Shown piece by piece: positions 38,180 through 50,895 of a DNA stretch of 64,000 nt. The DNA is taken from assembly GCA_951406725.2 (NCBI GenBank), contig OX597814.1, positions 154,132,001-154,196,000 of the forward strand. Reading direction: 5' to 3'. Both the position numbers and the translations under genes were made by a program. The notes under the pieces are model-generated. The model ran no database searches. It was not told the origin of the DNA and was given only the letters and a program-made list of their open reading frames with translations. The stretch comes from Octopus vulgaris. Lineage: Eukaryota. Every line of letters begins with the position of its first letter. Positions within the stretch are counted from its first letter, which is position 1.

Positions 38180-40015
38180 CTGAAAAATCATTAACATAGA
38201 AATTATGTTTTAAGAGAAGGACAAAATATTTCATTTTCATAAAAGGTACTTCTACCTAGTGATCTATTCTTCCTGAGCCACTAACTTTTCTCTTACCCTA
38301 CTTGCTCTCCATACTGATATTTACCGTCAACCAAAATGCCACCCTTGTTCATCACTCATTACTTCACCTCTACCCCCTTCTCTAGCTATCAATTGCTCTC
38401 CCCTCATACTCTTATGAAACTTCTTACCTCACCCACCAATTCCCTTTCTGTCTCCTCTCTTATACTCACCTCCTTATATCTTGAGAGTTTGCTCTGGTAC
38501 CCCATCGCAACCAGCTTCATCTTCTTCCCAGCTACTCCCATCCACTTATATAATATCGGGTAGCCATGTATCTTCAGCATAGCAAGACAAGTGTTTGTCT
38601 CTCAGTCATACTTTAGCTTTCAACACTTGGCTTAAATCCACCTCTCCCTTTTAAATACCCGCCTCAACATCTTAAGTTTTTTTTTTCTTTCTTCCTTTCC
38701 CCCCTTTTCTTTTTCTGTTTTGCAAGTTACTTAACAACCTCACTAGTGCTGGTGGCATACAAAAAGTACCCAGTATACTCTGTAAAGTGGTTGGTGTTAG
38801 AAAGGGTATCCATCTGTAGAAGCCATGCCAAAGTTGACACTGAGGCGTGGGGCAGTTCTGCAGCTAGCTGGATTCCATCAAACTGTCAAACTATGTCAGC
38901 ATGAGAAATGATTATGAACTAGAGAAATTTTCAACAAACTTACACAATTAATTTTGTTATAGAAAGATTTGTAAGCAAGTTTAATATTACATTTTATGAA
39001 CATTAAGATTGTTTAGTCTCTCATGTTTATGTACATAAGACTAATGTCGCCCCCTCACCATTCCTCTGTCACAGCAATAATAACCCTTTATCAAGAACAG
39101 TTGCTATATAAAGACTAAAAAAGTAACCTCTATTAAAATGCATCAACATCTTGTATATTAGAAACATAAAAACAACATTAAATGCAATCAAGCATGACTC
39201 TCAATAACATAAAACAAAAAACAAAAGTATAAAGAATTACCGACAATAAATCTCCACAATAAATCACATAAGAAAAGTAATAAAACAAAAATGTTACACA
39301 AACAATAAGAACACACATACACACACACATATCAAAACAATGAAGTCACTGCTATCTGGGCTCATAATCCCTCCACAACAAATCTAAACAAACTGCTAAG
39401 AACACAAAGTTGTAATTTCATACCTACACCTATAAAAAATCACTTCAATAGACCACACCTATTACCAACCTACACAGAGAACAAAATACATAAGATAAAA
39501 AATACCTGAACTTTTTTTTAATCTTTTAGTCAGGAGAGAAAGCAGTGCCCATGACCTGTTATATGATCTCTGAGACAGATGAGAAGGGAGGAAGGTAGCA
39601 TCAAACCCACAAGCCTGGCCTGAATGCTTGTAACAGAATGGACTCTGCTAAAGATACCCATGTTACTTTTAATAGAAAGTGATGTCAAATCAGACAACAT
39701 ATTAATCCCACTACTCATGTAGGCCATGGAAGGATTTGAACTCAGAGTACAAAGTGTGAGAACAGATATTGCACGGTATCCAGTCTGACATTCTAACAGT
39801 TCCACCAATCCTTTTTTATTGTGTGAGTTCATAGGAGTTTCAAAGGATGATCAGTGTCTGCGAAAACAGTTCCTGTCTGTATTTGTAAACCACTATACAT
39901 GACTGGTACTAGGTCGTCCTTGTGTTACACCTTCTTACCACAGGATGCCCGCAGACATTATCCAGCACCACCAGGTTCAAGAACAGACACTGCCTGGAGT
40001 TTAACCATTGCCCTC

Positions 40016-40110
40016 CAATTAGCCCTAGCACCTGTCCACCTTGTCCAGTTAGCCCTAGCACCTGTCCACTTTGTCCAGTTAGCCCTAGCACCTGTCAGAC
40101 CTGTCCACCT
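40016..40110 (+). repeat. 30-bp tandem repeat, about 3 copies
   Basis: CAGTTAGCCCTAGCACCTGTCCAC(C/T)TTGTC repeated, within a GC-richer repeat-like segment at about 39830-40185. Confidence 0.85.
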
Positions 40111-40427
40111 TGGGTGGCCCTACCAGGGACTCAAAGTCCCCAACAGCATAGCCTTGACACTCGTTTAACCTTCCCACCACAATGAGATCAAGAGTTGGAC
40201 CTTGAGCAAGAGTTGTACTTTGAGCAAGGTTTTTTATTGATTGTGAATGGATGAAAGCCAATGTTGAACCTAGCAAGATTTGAATTCTGTTCAACACTCT
40301 AACAAATGTATTAATATGTCACAAGAGGAACAGTTTGTTGCTGTAACAAGTTCCACTTTGCTGGAACTTGTTGCAGGTGTCCCTGTTACTGCAGGTTCAA
40401 TTACCCATGAACATGCAAATGCATATA

Positions 40428-40996
40428 CAGTGGCAGCTTGTAGATAAAATTAGTGGGGGTGCTGCTTCAGAAAACTTTTAGCAATTGTTTTAATAGTGTG
40501 TAAAAGGAAAGAAACATATGAAAAGAATATTTATACATAAACTTGATCTGTTCGTGTTTTATCCTCTGCCAGGTAGTGTGTTTAATTTGTTCACTGAACA
40601 CTGCCACGAATACCCCCTTGTTTTTCAAAAATCTCCCCTGAATCACAAAATAAGGAGGGAAAAATCTACTCTATTTTTCAAAGAGAAACACTACCTTTCA
40701 CCAGCACTGTGTGAATGACTGTTGTCTCTCCTTAGTGTAAAGCTTCCTATCTTGGACATGTGAGTGTGCACACTACATTGCTAGAACTGTGAAGCACACA
40801 GTTCTATACAAGGATTTTGTATTTTTTTCATAAACTAGGGGATGGCTACTGATATTTAGCTTAAGGATTATATAATCCACAAGTATAAAGAAAGAATTAA
40901 AGAAAAAAGGACCCCTTATATTGAATGTTATCAATAATATTGAGTGAAAATAGGGGGTGCTGTAGTTCTGCAGTGCTTATATATGAGCAGCCACTG
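40428..40996. mobile_element. hAT-superfamily MITE
   Basis: TIRs CAGTGGCAGCTTGTA and TATGAGCAGCCACTG (12/15); perfect 8-bp TSD TGCATATA at 40420-40427 and 40997-41004. Confidence 0.85.
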
Positions 40997-41503
40997 TGCA
41001 TATACAATGTTGTCCTAAATAAGATAACATTACAGGTGTAAAAGACTGGGAACATTATCTTTCCCACTAAGTCCAGTCAAACAAAAAATGCATATGATTA
41101 CAAAACTAGCAGTAGTACCAGCATCTCATTCGCACTTACTGTCACCATTATAGATAGATAAGTCATACCTGTATTTCAAAGGGTTACCCTTGTTACATTC
41201 TGTCTCACACTGAATCTGCTTGAGAATAAATATGTTAAGAGTATGTGTGGATGTGGAGAGCTCAGCTGCTTGCATGTTAATTTCATGAGCAAGCTATTGT
41301 GCTGATTGGATCAACTGGAACCCTCATTGTTGTAACTGATGGAGAGTCAGGCTAGAGATAAATGCAGAAGAACAGTTGATGAATCCTGACCAAGTGCATT
41401 CTGACTATATTAGTTTAGACCATCAACAGAACCTACTGGATCAGACAGGACAGCATAATGTGTACTCGATACATAAAAGCCCTACATGTCAGAATGAACA
41501 GAA

Positions 41504-42147
41504 TACAAGGGAGGGCTGAAAGACGTGGTTGGAAGCCCAACTTTCTGAGTTCTTTTACAGGGTTTAGAAAAACTGAAGGACTACTGCAATAAGTGTGTGA
41601 ATCTGAGGAGGGAATATGTTAAATAAAATCATTGCAAAGACCTGTTGGGGCAAATGAAATCGAAATCAAATTCGATAACTGTCATTTGTGCTTGTGGAGC
41701 ACTAAGAGCACCATCCGAGCGTGATTGTTGCCAGAGCGGCAAACTGGCGTTTGTGACGGTGGCATGTAAAAAGCACCATTTGAGCATGATCATTACCAGT
41801 GTCGCCTTACTGGCACTTGCGCTGGTGTGCAAGTGACATGTAAAAAAAAGAAAAATAAACGAATTTTTCATGGCAGTTACCAGTACTGCCTGACTGGCCC
41901 TCGTACTGGTGGCATGTAAAAGCACCCACTACACTCTCGGAGTGGTTGGTGTTAGGAAGGGCATCCAGCTGTAGAAACTCTGCCAGATCAAGATTGGAGC
42001 CTGGTGCAGCCATCTGGTTCACCAGTCCTCAGTTAAATCGTCCAACCTATGCTAGCATGGAAAGCGGACGTTAAACGATGATGATAATTAACTCATCCTC
42101 CTGTATTTTCTTTTACCCAAAGTCAAGAACTTTTCAGCACCCCTTCA
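41504..42147 (+). mobile_element. Mariner-derived MITE interrupted by a family C retroposon (about 41631-42085)
   Basis: The flanks join to give the element seen intact at about 51957-52173 (AGAAAAACTGAAGGACT...TAAAATCAT|AATTA...AAGAACTTTTCAG). Confidence 0.8.
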
Positions 42148-44045
42148 AAGTCCCCAATCACATAGAGTAATGGTATATCTAGAGTAGTGAATAAATGGCT
42201 TACACTCAGTCATCTAAGCATATCTCATTGATCTATATCATATTACTAAACATCTATCTATTTTATCATGGTTGACTGGGTTTACACAAGGAAAAAACAA
42301 AACAAAAATGGCATGCTTTGATTATCATGTTGCACTCTGCACAACCAGTAAGTGTGTGATTATGATGAACTGTATATACTCAAGTTAGGCATTTTTTGAA
42401 AGCTGAATTTATGGATTGAACTGCAAAAATATTGTAGCTGGGACAGGGGGGCTTTGCTGTCCTGGGCAGCTGTATAAACCTGTATAGATAGGCTTGTGGG
42501 AACTGGGGAGCAAACTTAAGGGTCACCCTGGACAGCTCACACTCTGGTTACACTACTGCATGACAGCTATGTCATGAATATACTTGATGATGATGTTGAT
42601 GATGATGATATTGGTGATACTATCAGCATAATTTCAACAACAACAACAGAATTACCTCTCATCTTCGCAATAAAATTAAAGAGACCGTACTTAGATTAAA
42701 TATGCTTTAAGTATCTATTTAAATCAGTGGTTCTCAACTGGGGTCCATATGTCCTCTGTGAGTTCATATAAAATTGTTGAGGGGCCACACAACAAAATAG
42801 TAAACTGGGATCCACAATAGTAATTTAAGGGCCCCTGAAAATATAAAGAACTTTAGAACTTTCTGTTATAAATCTTTAATCTTTTACTTGTTTCAGTCAT
42901 TGGACTATGGTCATGATGGAGCAATGTCTTGAAGAGTTTAAACAATCAAATTAACCCTAATAATTGCTTTTAAAATTTGGGATTTATTTTATTAATCTCT
43001 TTTTCTGAACCACTAAGTTACAGATATATCATCATATCTTTACACCCCACATCTTTACACATACACATACATACACATATCATATCACAACACACCGCCC
43101 ATACACCCATCCCCATATCTCCACACCCACACATACATACATACACACGTCCAGACCACCAGCCCTCTTTCACATGCACATACATACTCTCTTATATACA
43201 CACGCACCTTCATGTTGGGGCAAAGTCACTTGACCCTGTTATCTCCCCTACTATCCCTCTAGCGGCTAACGTCTGACCTCTGACTTTTGCCTGAAATCAG
43301 AACGCCATGTTGGACTGTTAGCTCCTACACGCATTTTTTTCTCTCCTTGTTTCTTTTCTGTGTATCTTTCTGTCGAAGAGCATAGACTCATAACGTAAAA
43401 GACTTGTTTTATTTCTATTCCTGAACGCCATACTAATACAATTGTTTGTTTGTACTCCACCTGCCTTCGTCTTTTGTTTATTTTCGTAAACCTGCCTTTG
43501 TCTTTTGATTATTTTCGTAAACTTTCCCGTTATATATATATATATATATATACATACATACATGATAGGCTTCGACACAGTTTCCATCTACCAAATTCTC
43601 TTACAAGGCATTAGTTGACCTGAGGATAGAGTAGAAGACATTTGCCCAAGATGCAGTGCAGTGTACTAGAAGCTGAAACCTCGTGGTCGCAAAGCAAGCT
43701 TCTTAACCACACAACCATGCCTGTGCCTCAGTCCAATCTATTTGGTTTTGTTGCAAAGATGAGGCACAATTCTGTTGTTATTGTTGTTTTTATTGTTATG
43801 ATGATGATCATCATTGTCATCCTAACAACTACAACAATAAAATTATGACTCATTTTTACAATAAAATTATATAGATTGGATATTAAAAATAATTATCAGA
43901 TCAAATATATTTTGAGCATCTATCTAATTATCTCCCAAAATACAATCTACAAAATACCTCACAACTTTATTATAAATAGTGAAAAAAGTGAAAAATGAAA
44001 AGAAAAAGCTAGGGATTGGGAAAACTTGCAAATATTTTGAAATAC

Positions 44046-44312
44046 CTCTGTTCCATAAAATTCTGAAGTAAGACCTGCTGCTTGTATTTCGTTGAAATCC
44101 TCCTCTGTCACAGACTTTATAAAGAAATGTAGTACAAAATTTCTTTCTTTGTAGATATGTGATACAAGATGGTCACTATCTTTGATAGAGTATTTGTCAA
44201 GATTTAAAGCAATTTCTTCTTGCAGCTCTCGGTTTAGTCCCATCACAATTGTTTCATTTGCCTCCACAGCGCCACCAGGAAATCCTATGCATCCATCAAA
44301 GCGAAACTGCAT
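44046..44312 (-). CDS. NUDT16: NUDT16-like exon 2 (89 aa, Nudix box)
   Basis: MQFRFDGCIGFPGGAVEANETIVMGLNRELQEEIAL matches NUDT16 MQMRFDGRLGFPGG...GLNRELREELG, with Nudix motif G-x5-E-x7-RE-x-x-EE. Acceptor TTTCTTTTAG before 44312; donor GAG|GTATT at 44045; phase 0-0. Confidence 0.93.
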
Positions 44313-44419
44313 CTAAAAGAAATAAAAACAAATGCCAAAGAAGTGGTCATTGTTTTCTTCTTATAACAACTACTGTTTGTAGATTCATGTATTAAAGTGG
44401 ATGTGTGTGTGTGTGTGTG

Positions 44420-44765
44420 TGTGACGATGCATAGCTCAATGGTTACAGTGTTGGGCTTACAATCATGAGGTTGTGAGTTCAATTCCCAGACCAGGCTATG
44501 TGATGTATTCTTGAGCAAAACACTTTATTTCATGTTGCTCCAGTTTATGCAGCTGTTGAAATGAGTTGTGATACTACTGGTGCCAAGCTGAATCAGCCTT
44601 TGCCTTTCCCTTGAACAACATTGGTGATGTGAATAGAGGAGACTGGTATGCATGGGTGACTGCTGGTCTTCCACAAACAACCTAGCCTGGACATGTGCCT
44701 TGAAAGGGAACATTCTAGGTACAATCCCATGGTCATTTGCAACTGAAGGGGATCTTTACCCTTTT
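44420..44765 (+). mobile_element. SINE family D
   Basis: Homologous to the reverse complement of 1217-1550; ends in (TTTACC/TTTTAC)n. Confidence 0.8.
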
Positions 44766-44784
44766 ACTCTTTATAACTATATCT

Positions 44785-45530
<746 letters not shown>

Positions 45531-45532
45531 AT

Positions 45533-45878
45533 CTCTTTACTCTTTTACTCTTTTACTTGTTTCAGTCATTTGACTGAGGCCATGCTGGAACACCGCCTTT
45601 AGTCGAGCAAATCGACTCCGGGACTTATTCTTTGTAAGCCCAGTACTTATTCTATCGGTCTCTTTTGCCGAACCGCTAAGTGACGGGGATGTAAACACAC
45701 CAGCATCGGTTGTCAAGCAATGCTAGGGAGACAAACACATATATATACATATATATGACAGGCTTCTTTCAGTTTCCGTCTATCAAATCCACTCACAAGG
45801 CATTGGTCGGCCCGGGGCTATAGTAGAAGACACTTGCCCAAGATGCCACGCAGTGGGACTGAACCCGGAACCATATGG

Positions 45879-45880
<2 letters not shown>
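45533..45880 (-). mobile_element. SINE family A, young copy with truncated head
   Basis: CpG-intact match to the reverse complement of 49081-49500, flanked by (TA)n. Confidence 0.88.
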
Positions 45881-45939
<59 letters not shown>

Positions 45940-46248
45940 CTAGTTATAGGATTCATTAGAATCTAGGTACATCAACACATAGGACACCAAAAGTGGCTAG
46001 GTAGGATTCACTGTGAGGTAAAACCAGCATAGTGGGTATCACATGTTAGCAGGATACTGTAACTCTGTATGTACCAAATCCAATTTATACACTAGCTCTG
46101 ACTTAGGGATGATACTAGGTGTAGCGTAAGTATAAAAAAGAACACAAATTGAGATTAAAATTTATGACAGCTGTTTCAGTAGAACTTTACTGATGTATTC
46201 ATAGAGTGATCAGCCATGATGGACATTCAATACTATACGTTTTGGATA

Positions 46249-46302
<54 letters not shown>

Positions 46303-46340
46303 AGTGAGAGATACATACATACTTATATACATATACATAT

Positions 46341-46385
<45 letters not shown>

Positions 46386-46409
46386 TATATATGAAATTGT
46401 TTTAGGTTT

Positions 46410-46954
46410 TATTATTATTGAGAGAGCAGTGCATGCCATCAAAGTGACACTGGGGTAAAATATACGAAGCCCAGTATACCCATCATGACTACCTGTCTGA
46501 TAAGGGTACACCAGGCACATGCATCACAACCATATGTGTGTGACATGGTAATCTCATATCAATATAAACAGCGCATGACCTTGCAGGTGGGGCTCAGTTA
46601 GAATTTTCTTCTGGTCGAGTAGCCCATCTCGCTCAAAAGGTCCCTGAATAAGGATTCTTTAAGGATGTTGAATGAACCACCCATGTTTATCCAAACCTCC
46701 AAGAACTGCTTTCAACACACAGCTATGATGCTCCCCACTACTTCTGCTCATGATCAGAGATGCACATATCATCAGCCACTATGGGACATGGTCAACTGGT
46801 TATGGTCAAACAAATGACAAGCAAATCTGTGGTATTGAGCAGAATATTTGCTGTAGCCCATCTTTTATATCAAGACAAAACAATGTACATGATAACACTT
46901 CCAATCAGTTAAGCTCAGAAGCCATGAGAGCCACTGTCTTGTACTGCATCAGGG

Positions 46955-46960
<6 letters not shown>
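46410..46960. repeat. Unclassified interspersed element bounded by (TTA)n tracts
   Basis: Balanced-GC segment that starts after ATTATTATT and ends at a long (TTA)n. Single copy in this window, so repeat status is inference. Confidence 0.35.
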
Positions 46961-46999
<39 letters not shown>

Positions 47000-47007
47000 T
47001 ATTAAGA

Positions 47008-47305
47008 CGGGAAGCTGGCAGAATCGCCAGGATTCTGGGCAAAATGCTTAGCAGCCTTTCGTTCTTCTTTATGGTCTTGACATTATATCCATCAAAGAAT
47101 GTTTATGAGCACTCATTAGCATGCTGGGAGAAATGCTTAGCTGTATTTCGTCCATCTTCACGTTCTGAGTTCAAAGTCCGCCGAAGTCGACTTTGCCTTT
47201 CATCTTTTCAGGGTCATTAAAATAAGTACCAGCTGAACACTGGAATCAATGTAATCAACTAGCCCCTCCCCCGAATTTCAGGCCTTGTGCCTATAGTAGA
47301 AAGGA
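47008..47305 (+). mobile_element. SINE family B with duplicated head
   Basis: GCTGGCAGAATCG...AAATGCTTAGC occurs twice, then GTCGACTTTGCCTTTCATC...AAGTACCAG and the GGCCTTGTGCCTATAGTAGAAAGG tail. Confidence 0.8.
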
Positions 47306-48333
47306 TTAATTAGTCACACATCTGGCCCTTGAAAGCCTTTAAAGAAGTCCAATTTCTTGCAACCTCTCTGATCAGATCTCTAGTCTATGGATAATTCAAT
47401 CCAGTGGCTTCTTGATGAGCTAGCGATCACATGTCTTAAACTTTTCTATTCTACCTGCCCATTTCTGAATAACCTATATATATATATAAAAAAGAAGAAA
47501 CCATTATCGGTGTTACCCTTTCCCATTTGAATAAGTTAAAAAAAAAAATGAAACAAAATAATAATCATATTATCGAAAAGCAACATGATTTACAAAAGTA
47601 AACAGTAAAATCTGTCCATTTTTTCTATATATCTTTTTTTTTCTCGCTCCTTTTACCGCTTTTTCCTTTTTTCTGTCTTTCTTTTGTAAAAACTATATTA
47701 GATAAAATTAAATTTGATTTATTGATGAAAAAAAAAGGAGTTAAATAAATAAAAAGGTATGCACACTCCTTCAGTTAAACATTATACCAGGGGATACTAA
47801 AAAAGATCTTGGAGCAACCCAGAATACAGCATTCCCGTCATTAATCATAACGCTGAAGCGTTAGGATGCAAATATCCCCACAATCGTCGTCTGCACACTT
47901 TGGTGAGACAGGACGTCGTCAAACGATGTCAAAAACTCCTTTGTCGGTGTCCCAGCTCACCTGAATGCTGTGTAAATGTTACTGAATTCATCGACAAATC
48001 ACGGTATTTTAGTATCTTATTCTATTTAGTAATGGACACGAATGACAGCAGAACCTCTAACCGAGATATAACTGAGCACTTAACAGTGCGTGGAGTATAT
48101 CAAACAAACTCTTTTCTGAATAGGTTCGAAAATAATGTAAATTATCACAAATTTACATTTATTTCAAATTCTTAGTAATTACACGGAATAAACACCCACA
48201 AATTCTGTATTTATTGTTATTAATTCTTTTTATTTCGACCTGCTTTAAAAAGAAAAACAGGCACTCGTCAAAGAAAACGCGTAAGTGAAAAAAAAAAATA
48301 CGTGGTAGTTTTAAGCAGACTACAGCTTCGCTT

Positions 48334-48347
48334 GTTACTATGGAAAC
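48334..48347. promoter_or_regulatory. RFX X-box motif candidate (GTTACTATGGAAAC)
   Basis: Matches the imperfect palindrome GTTNCY-AT-RGNAAC. CCAAT at about 48353 and ATTGG at about 48375 flank it, in a CpG-retaining non-repeat stretch. Confidence 0.5.
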
Positions 48348-49080
48348 AAGCACCAATATATCTGTAGTCTTTCAATTGGTTAAAATTCACAAAAATTTTG
48401 CAAACATTTAAAGCTGTTCACTTTCTATTTATTAATTTATAGCAAAAAAAAAAAAATTACATTTTCATAATTAACGTACAAAACTGAATCAGTAAACCAG
48501 ATTTGAAGACGATCGTGATAGCATCAAAAATGATCTGCCAAATCTTCATATCACATTCTACTGTCTGAAAGAAACTAGAAAGGAACCATATGTGATGTAA
48601 TCCTAAAAACAGTGTCAAGGAAACACAGACGAAGCACTTATGTTTAAAATGCTCTCGCTGGTCTATTTATTCAGGTGAAACAACATACACCTCACATTGT
48701 GTCTCTCGAACATCGATATAATAGATACTACGTGTACAACCCCAACTGGATGGTCCTGTTTCACAGTATCTTGCACAGTACAGTATTAATAAACTTGAAT
48801 CATTTATATCAATGTACAGGTATCTGTATTTTATTTCATTATCTAAGTAAGTTTAATATTTGTTTAATTTAATGTGTTGACGAAGGTGACTGTTCTTGGT
48901 TCGGAAATATCAGCACTCAGGAAATGTTTTGGAACCAAATGTTGCTGAAAATCCTAGATACATTAAGATAATATTGTTTTAAGGTTCATTATAGCGGGAT
49001 CAAAAAAGAAAAAAAAAAAGACGATGGTCAAGATTGGAGCGGCTTTGTTAGGCCTCACCTGTAGCTAAACGATAATTATA

Positions 49081-49240
49081 GGCGTAGGAGTGGCTGTGTG
49101 GTAAGTAGCTTGTTTACGAACAATATGGTTCCAGGTTCAGTCCCACTGCGTGGCACCTTGGGCAAGTGTCCTACTATAGCCTCGGGTCGACTAAAGCCTT
49201 GTGAGTGGATTTAGTAGACGGAAACTGAAAGAAGCCCGTC

Positions 49241-49304
<64 letters not shown>

Positions 49305-49500
49305 ATGACCCCCACAACATCGCTTGACAACTGATGCTGGTGTGTTTACGTCACCGTAACTAAGCGGTTCGGCAAAAGCGACCGATAGAATAAGTACTAG
49401 GCTTAGAAAGAATAAGTCCTAGGGTGGATTTGCTCGACTAAAGGCGGTGCTCCAGCATGGCCACAGTGAAATGACTGAAACAAGTAAAAGAGTAAAAGAG
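49081..49500 (+). mobile_element. tRNA-derived SINE family A, reference full-length copy
   Basis: Box A TGGCTGTGTGG, box B GGTTCAGTCCC, internal (TA)n(TG)n, tail (GTAAAAGA)n. Roughly 18 related copies or fragments occur in the window (also about 5524, 15522, 18027, 30910, 37120, 42880, 43565, 56667, 62695, 63665). Confidence 0.9.
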
Positions 49501-49638
49501 AATACAAATATGAAACGTCAAATTTTCGTCTACATCTTTTAGTTTTAGTATTTCCAACTTAGAACAACAAAATTTAATAAAGCGGAAAACGGCTGAGATA
49601 GAAAGAGAAAAGGACGAACAGCAGATAAACATGCTTAC

Positions 49639-49848
49639 CATGATATTAGCTTTTATCGTGTTCCCAAACCAAGCTTTATTCGTTCGGCAATATATCATAC
49701 AATGGGCGGCATGGTCATATTCCGACGTAGGAACATCATTAACACGAGGAGATAGAAGTCGAACGAAAGTCATTTCCGAACTGTTGTCACATTGTGATCG
49801 GTCGTCGTCGGGGCAGCTGTTCATGACGACTCCTGTGAAACCCGCCAT
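49639..49848 (-). CDS. NUDT16: NUDT16-like U8 snoRNA-decapping Nudix hydrolase, exon 1 (70 aa)
   Basis: ATG at 49848; HAAHCMIY...WFGNTIKANIM resembles the NUDT16 N-terminus (HACHALLY...LFGRIPLRYAIL). Donor ATG|GTAAGC at 49638, phase 0. The exact start codon is uncertain because further Met codons follow. Confidence 0.85.
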
Positions 49849-50491
49849 TCCTTGCTGTTAATAAAGTGAAGTAAACCAACCGTAAAAGAAAAAAGCAGAC
49901 AGCTAATCTAAGTTCTATGTAACAAATAAAACCTCTAAATAAATAAGCGTGCCCACTCTCTCAATTATATATCGTACCCGGATATACGATTGCTGCCCTC
50001 CAAAAACTTTTGTGATATTCCCAAATATTCAAGACATATCTGCAGGTGATTGTGAGGGTTGGGCATCATCTGATAGTGTTACGAAGGAGTAGCACCAACG
50101 ATAACAAAACCTTTATTGTCAAAAGGCCAAGAAGCAAACCTATTATCAAAAGTGTCCCAGTCACGAGACTGTGTCGTCTTTTTGCATATGAAGAGCTTAA
50201 TAGTTCAATGTGTACTTTTAGACTGCTGGGTGTAATTTAAAGAAAATTTGACTGCTATTTCTAGCAGGTCCACAGACCACGTAGAAGCTACCGTTTGCTG
50301 AAGTTTGGCACTACAAAAGTTTTTCCATAAAATCATGAATATGAGAACACTTTCGGAAGGATGTGTTTTGAACATCAGAACATCAAAAACTAGGTGTTTT
50401 TTGTGCGTTGGTGTTAAACATATTACTAAAATTTCATACACAATATTCATCGTACATTAATTATTTAAAGCTGTTCGATAATTGATTATTC

Positions 50492-50895
50492 GGCGGACAT
50501 AAAGAATGTGGACCGCATCCCCTTTCGTTCTTTTTTTTTTTTTTTTTACAGAATCCCCCATTCTCGAGTACGGAGATACTGATTCGGCAAAAAAAAAAAA
50601 ACGGCATTTAAAAATTTTAATTTCCCCCACCCTTCCCCAAATTCTTCAATTTTCACTTTCTTTTTTCAGAAATTTCTTTTTGCGAAAAACGTAGAAAAAT
50701 ACGGAGATTATGATTCTAAAAAGAAATTTCTGAAAAAAGTGAAAATTGAAGAATGAGAGGTGGGGGAAGGGATTCAAATTTTAAAATGCCTTTGCAGAAT
50801 CAGAATCTCCGTACTCAAAAATGGGGATTCTGTAAAAAAAAAATAAAATAAATAAATAACAAAAGTGGGTGCGCTCCACATTCTTTATGTTCGCC
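50492..50895. mobile_element. Foldback-type palindromic MITE (~400 bp)
   Basis: Termini GGCGGACATAAAGAATGTGG and CCACATTCTTTATGTTCGCC (19/20). Inverted homology continues inward (TACAGAATCCCC/GGGGATTCTGTA, GAGTACGGAGAT/ATCTCCGTACTC, TTCTTCAATTTTCACTTT/AAAGTGAAAATTGAAGAA, CAGAAATTTCTTTTT/AAAAAGAAATTTCTG). Confidence 0.85.

Noticed and set aside
49081-49155. tRNA-like box A/box B sequences (also 19540-19618, 44420-44495)
   Set aside because: They are SINE heads followed by SINE bodies and tails; no complete cloverleaf was seen.
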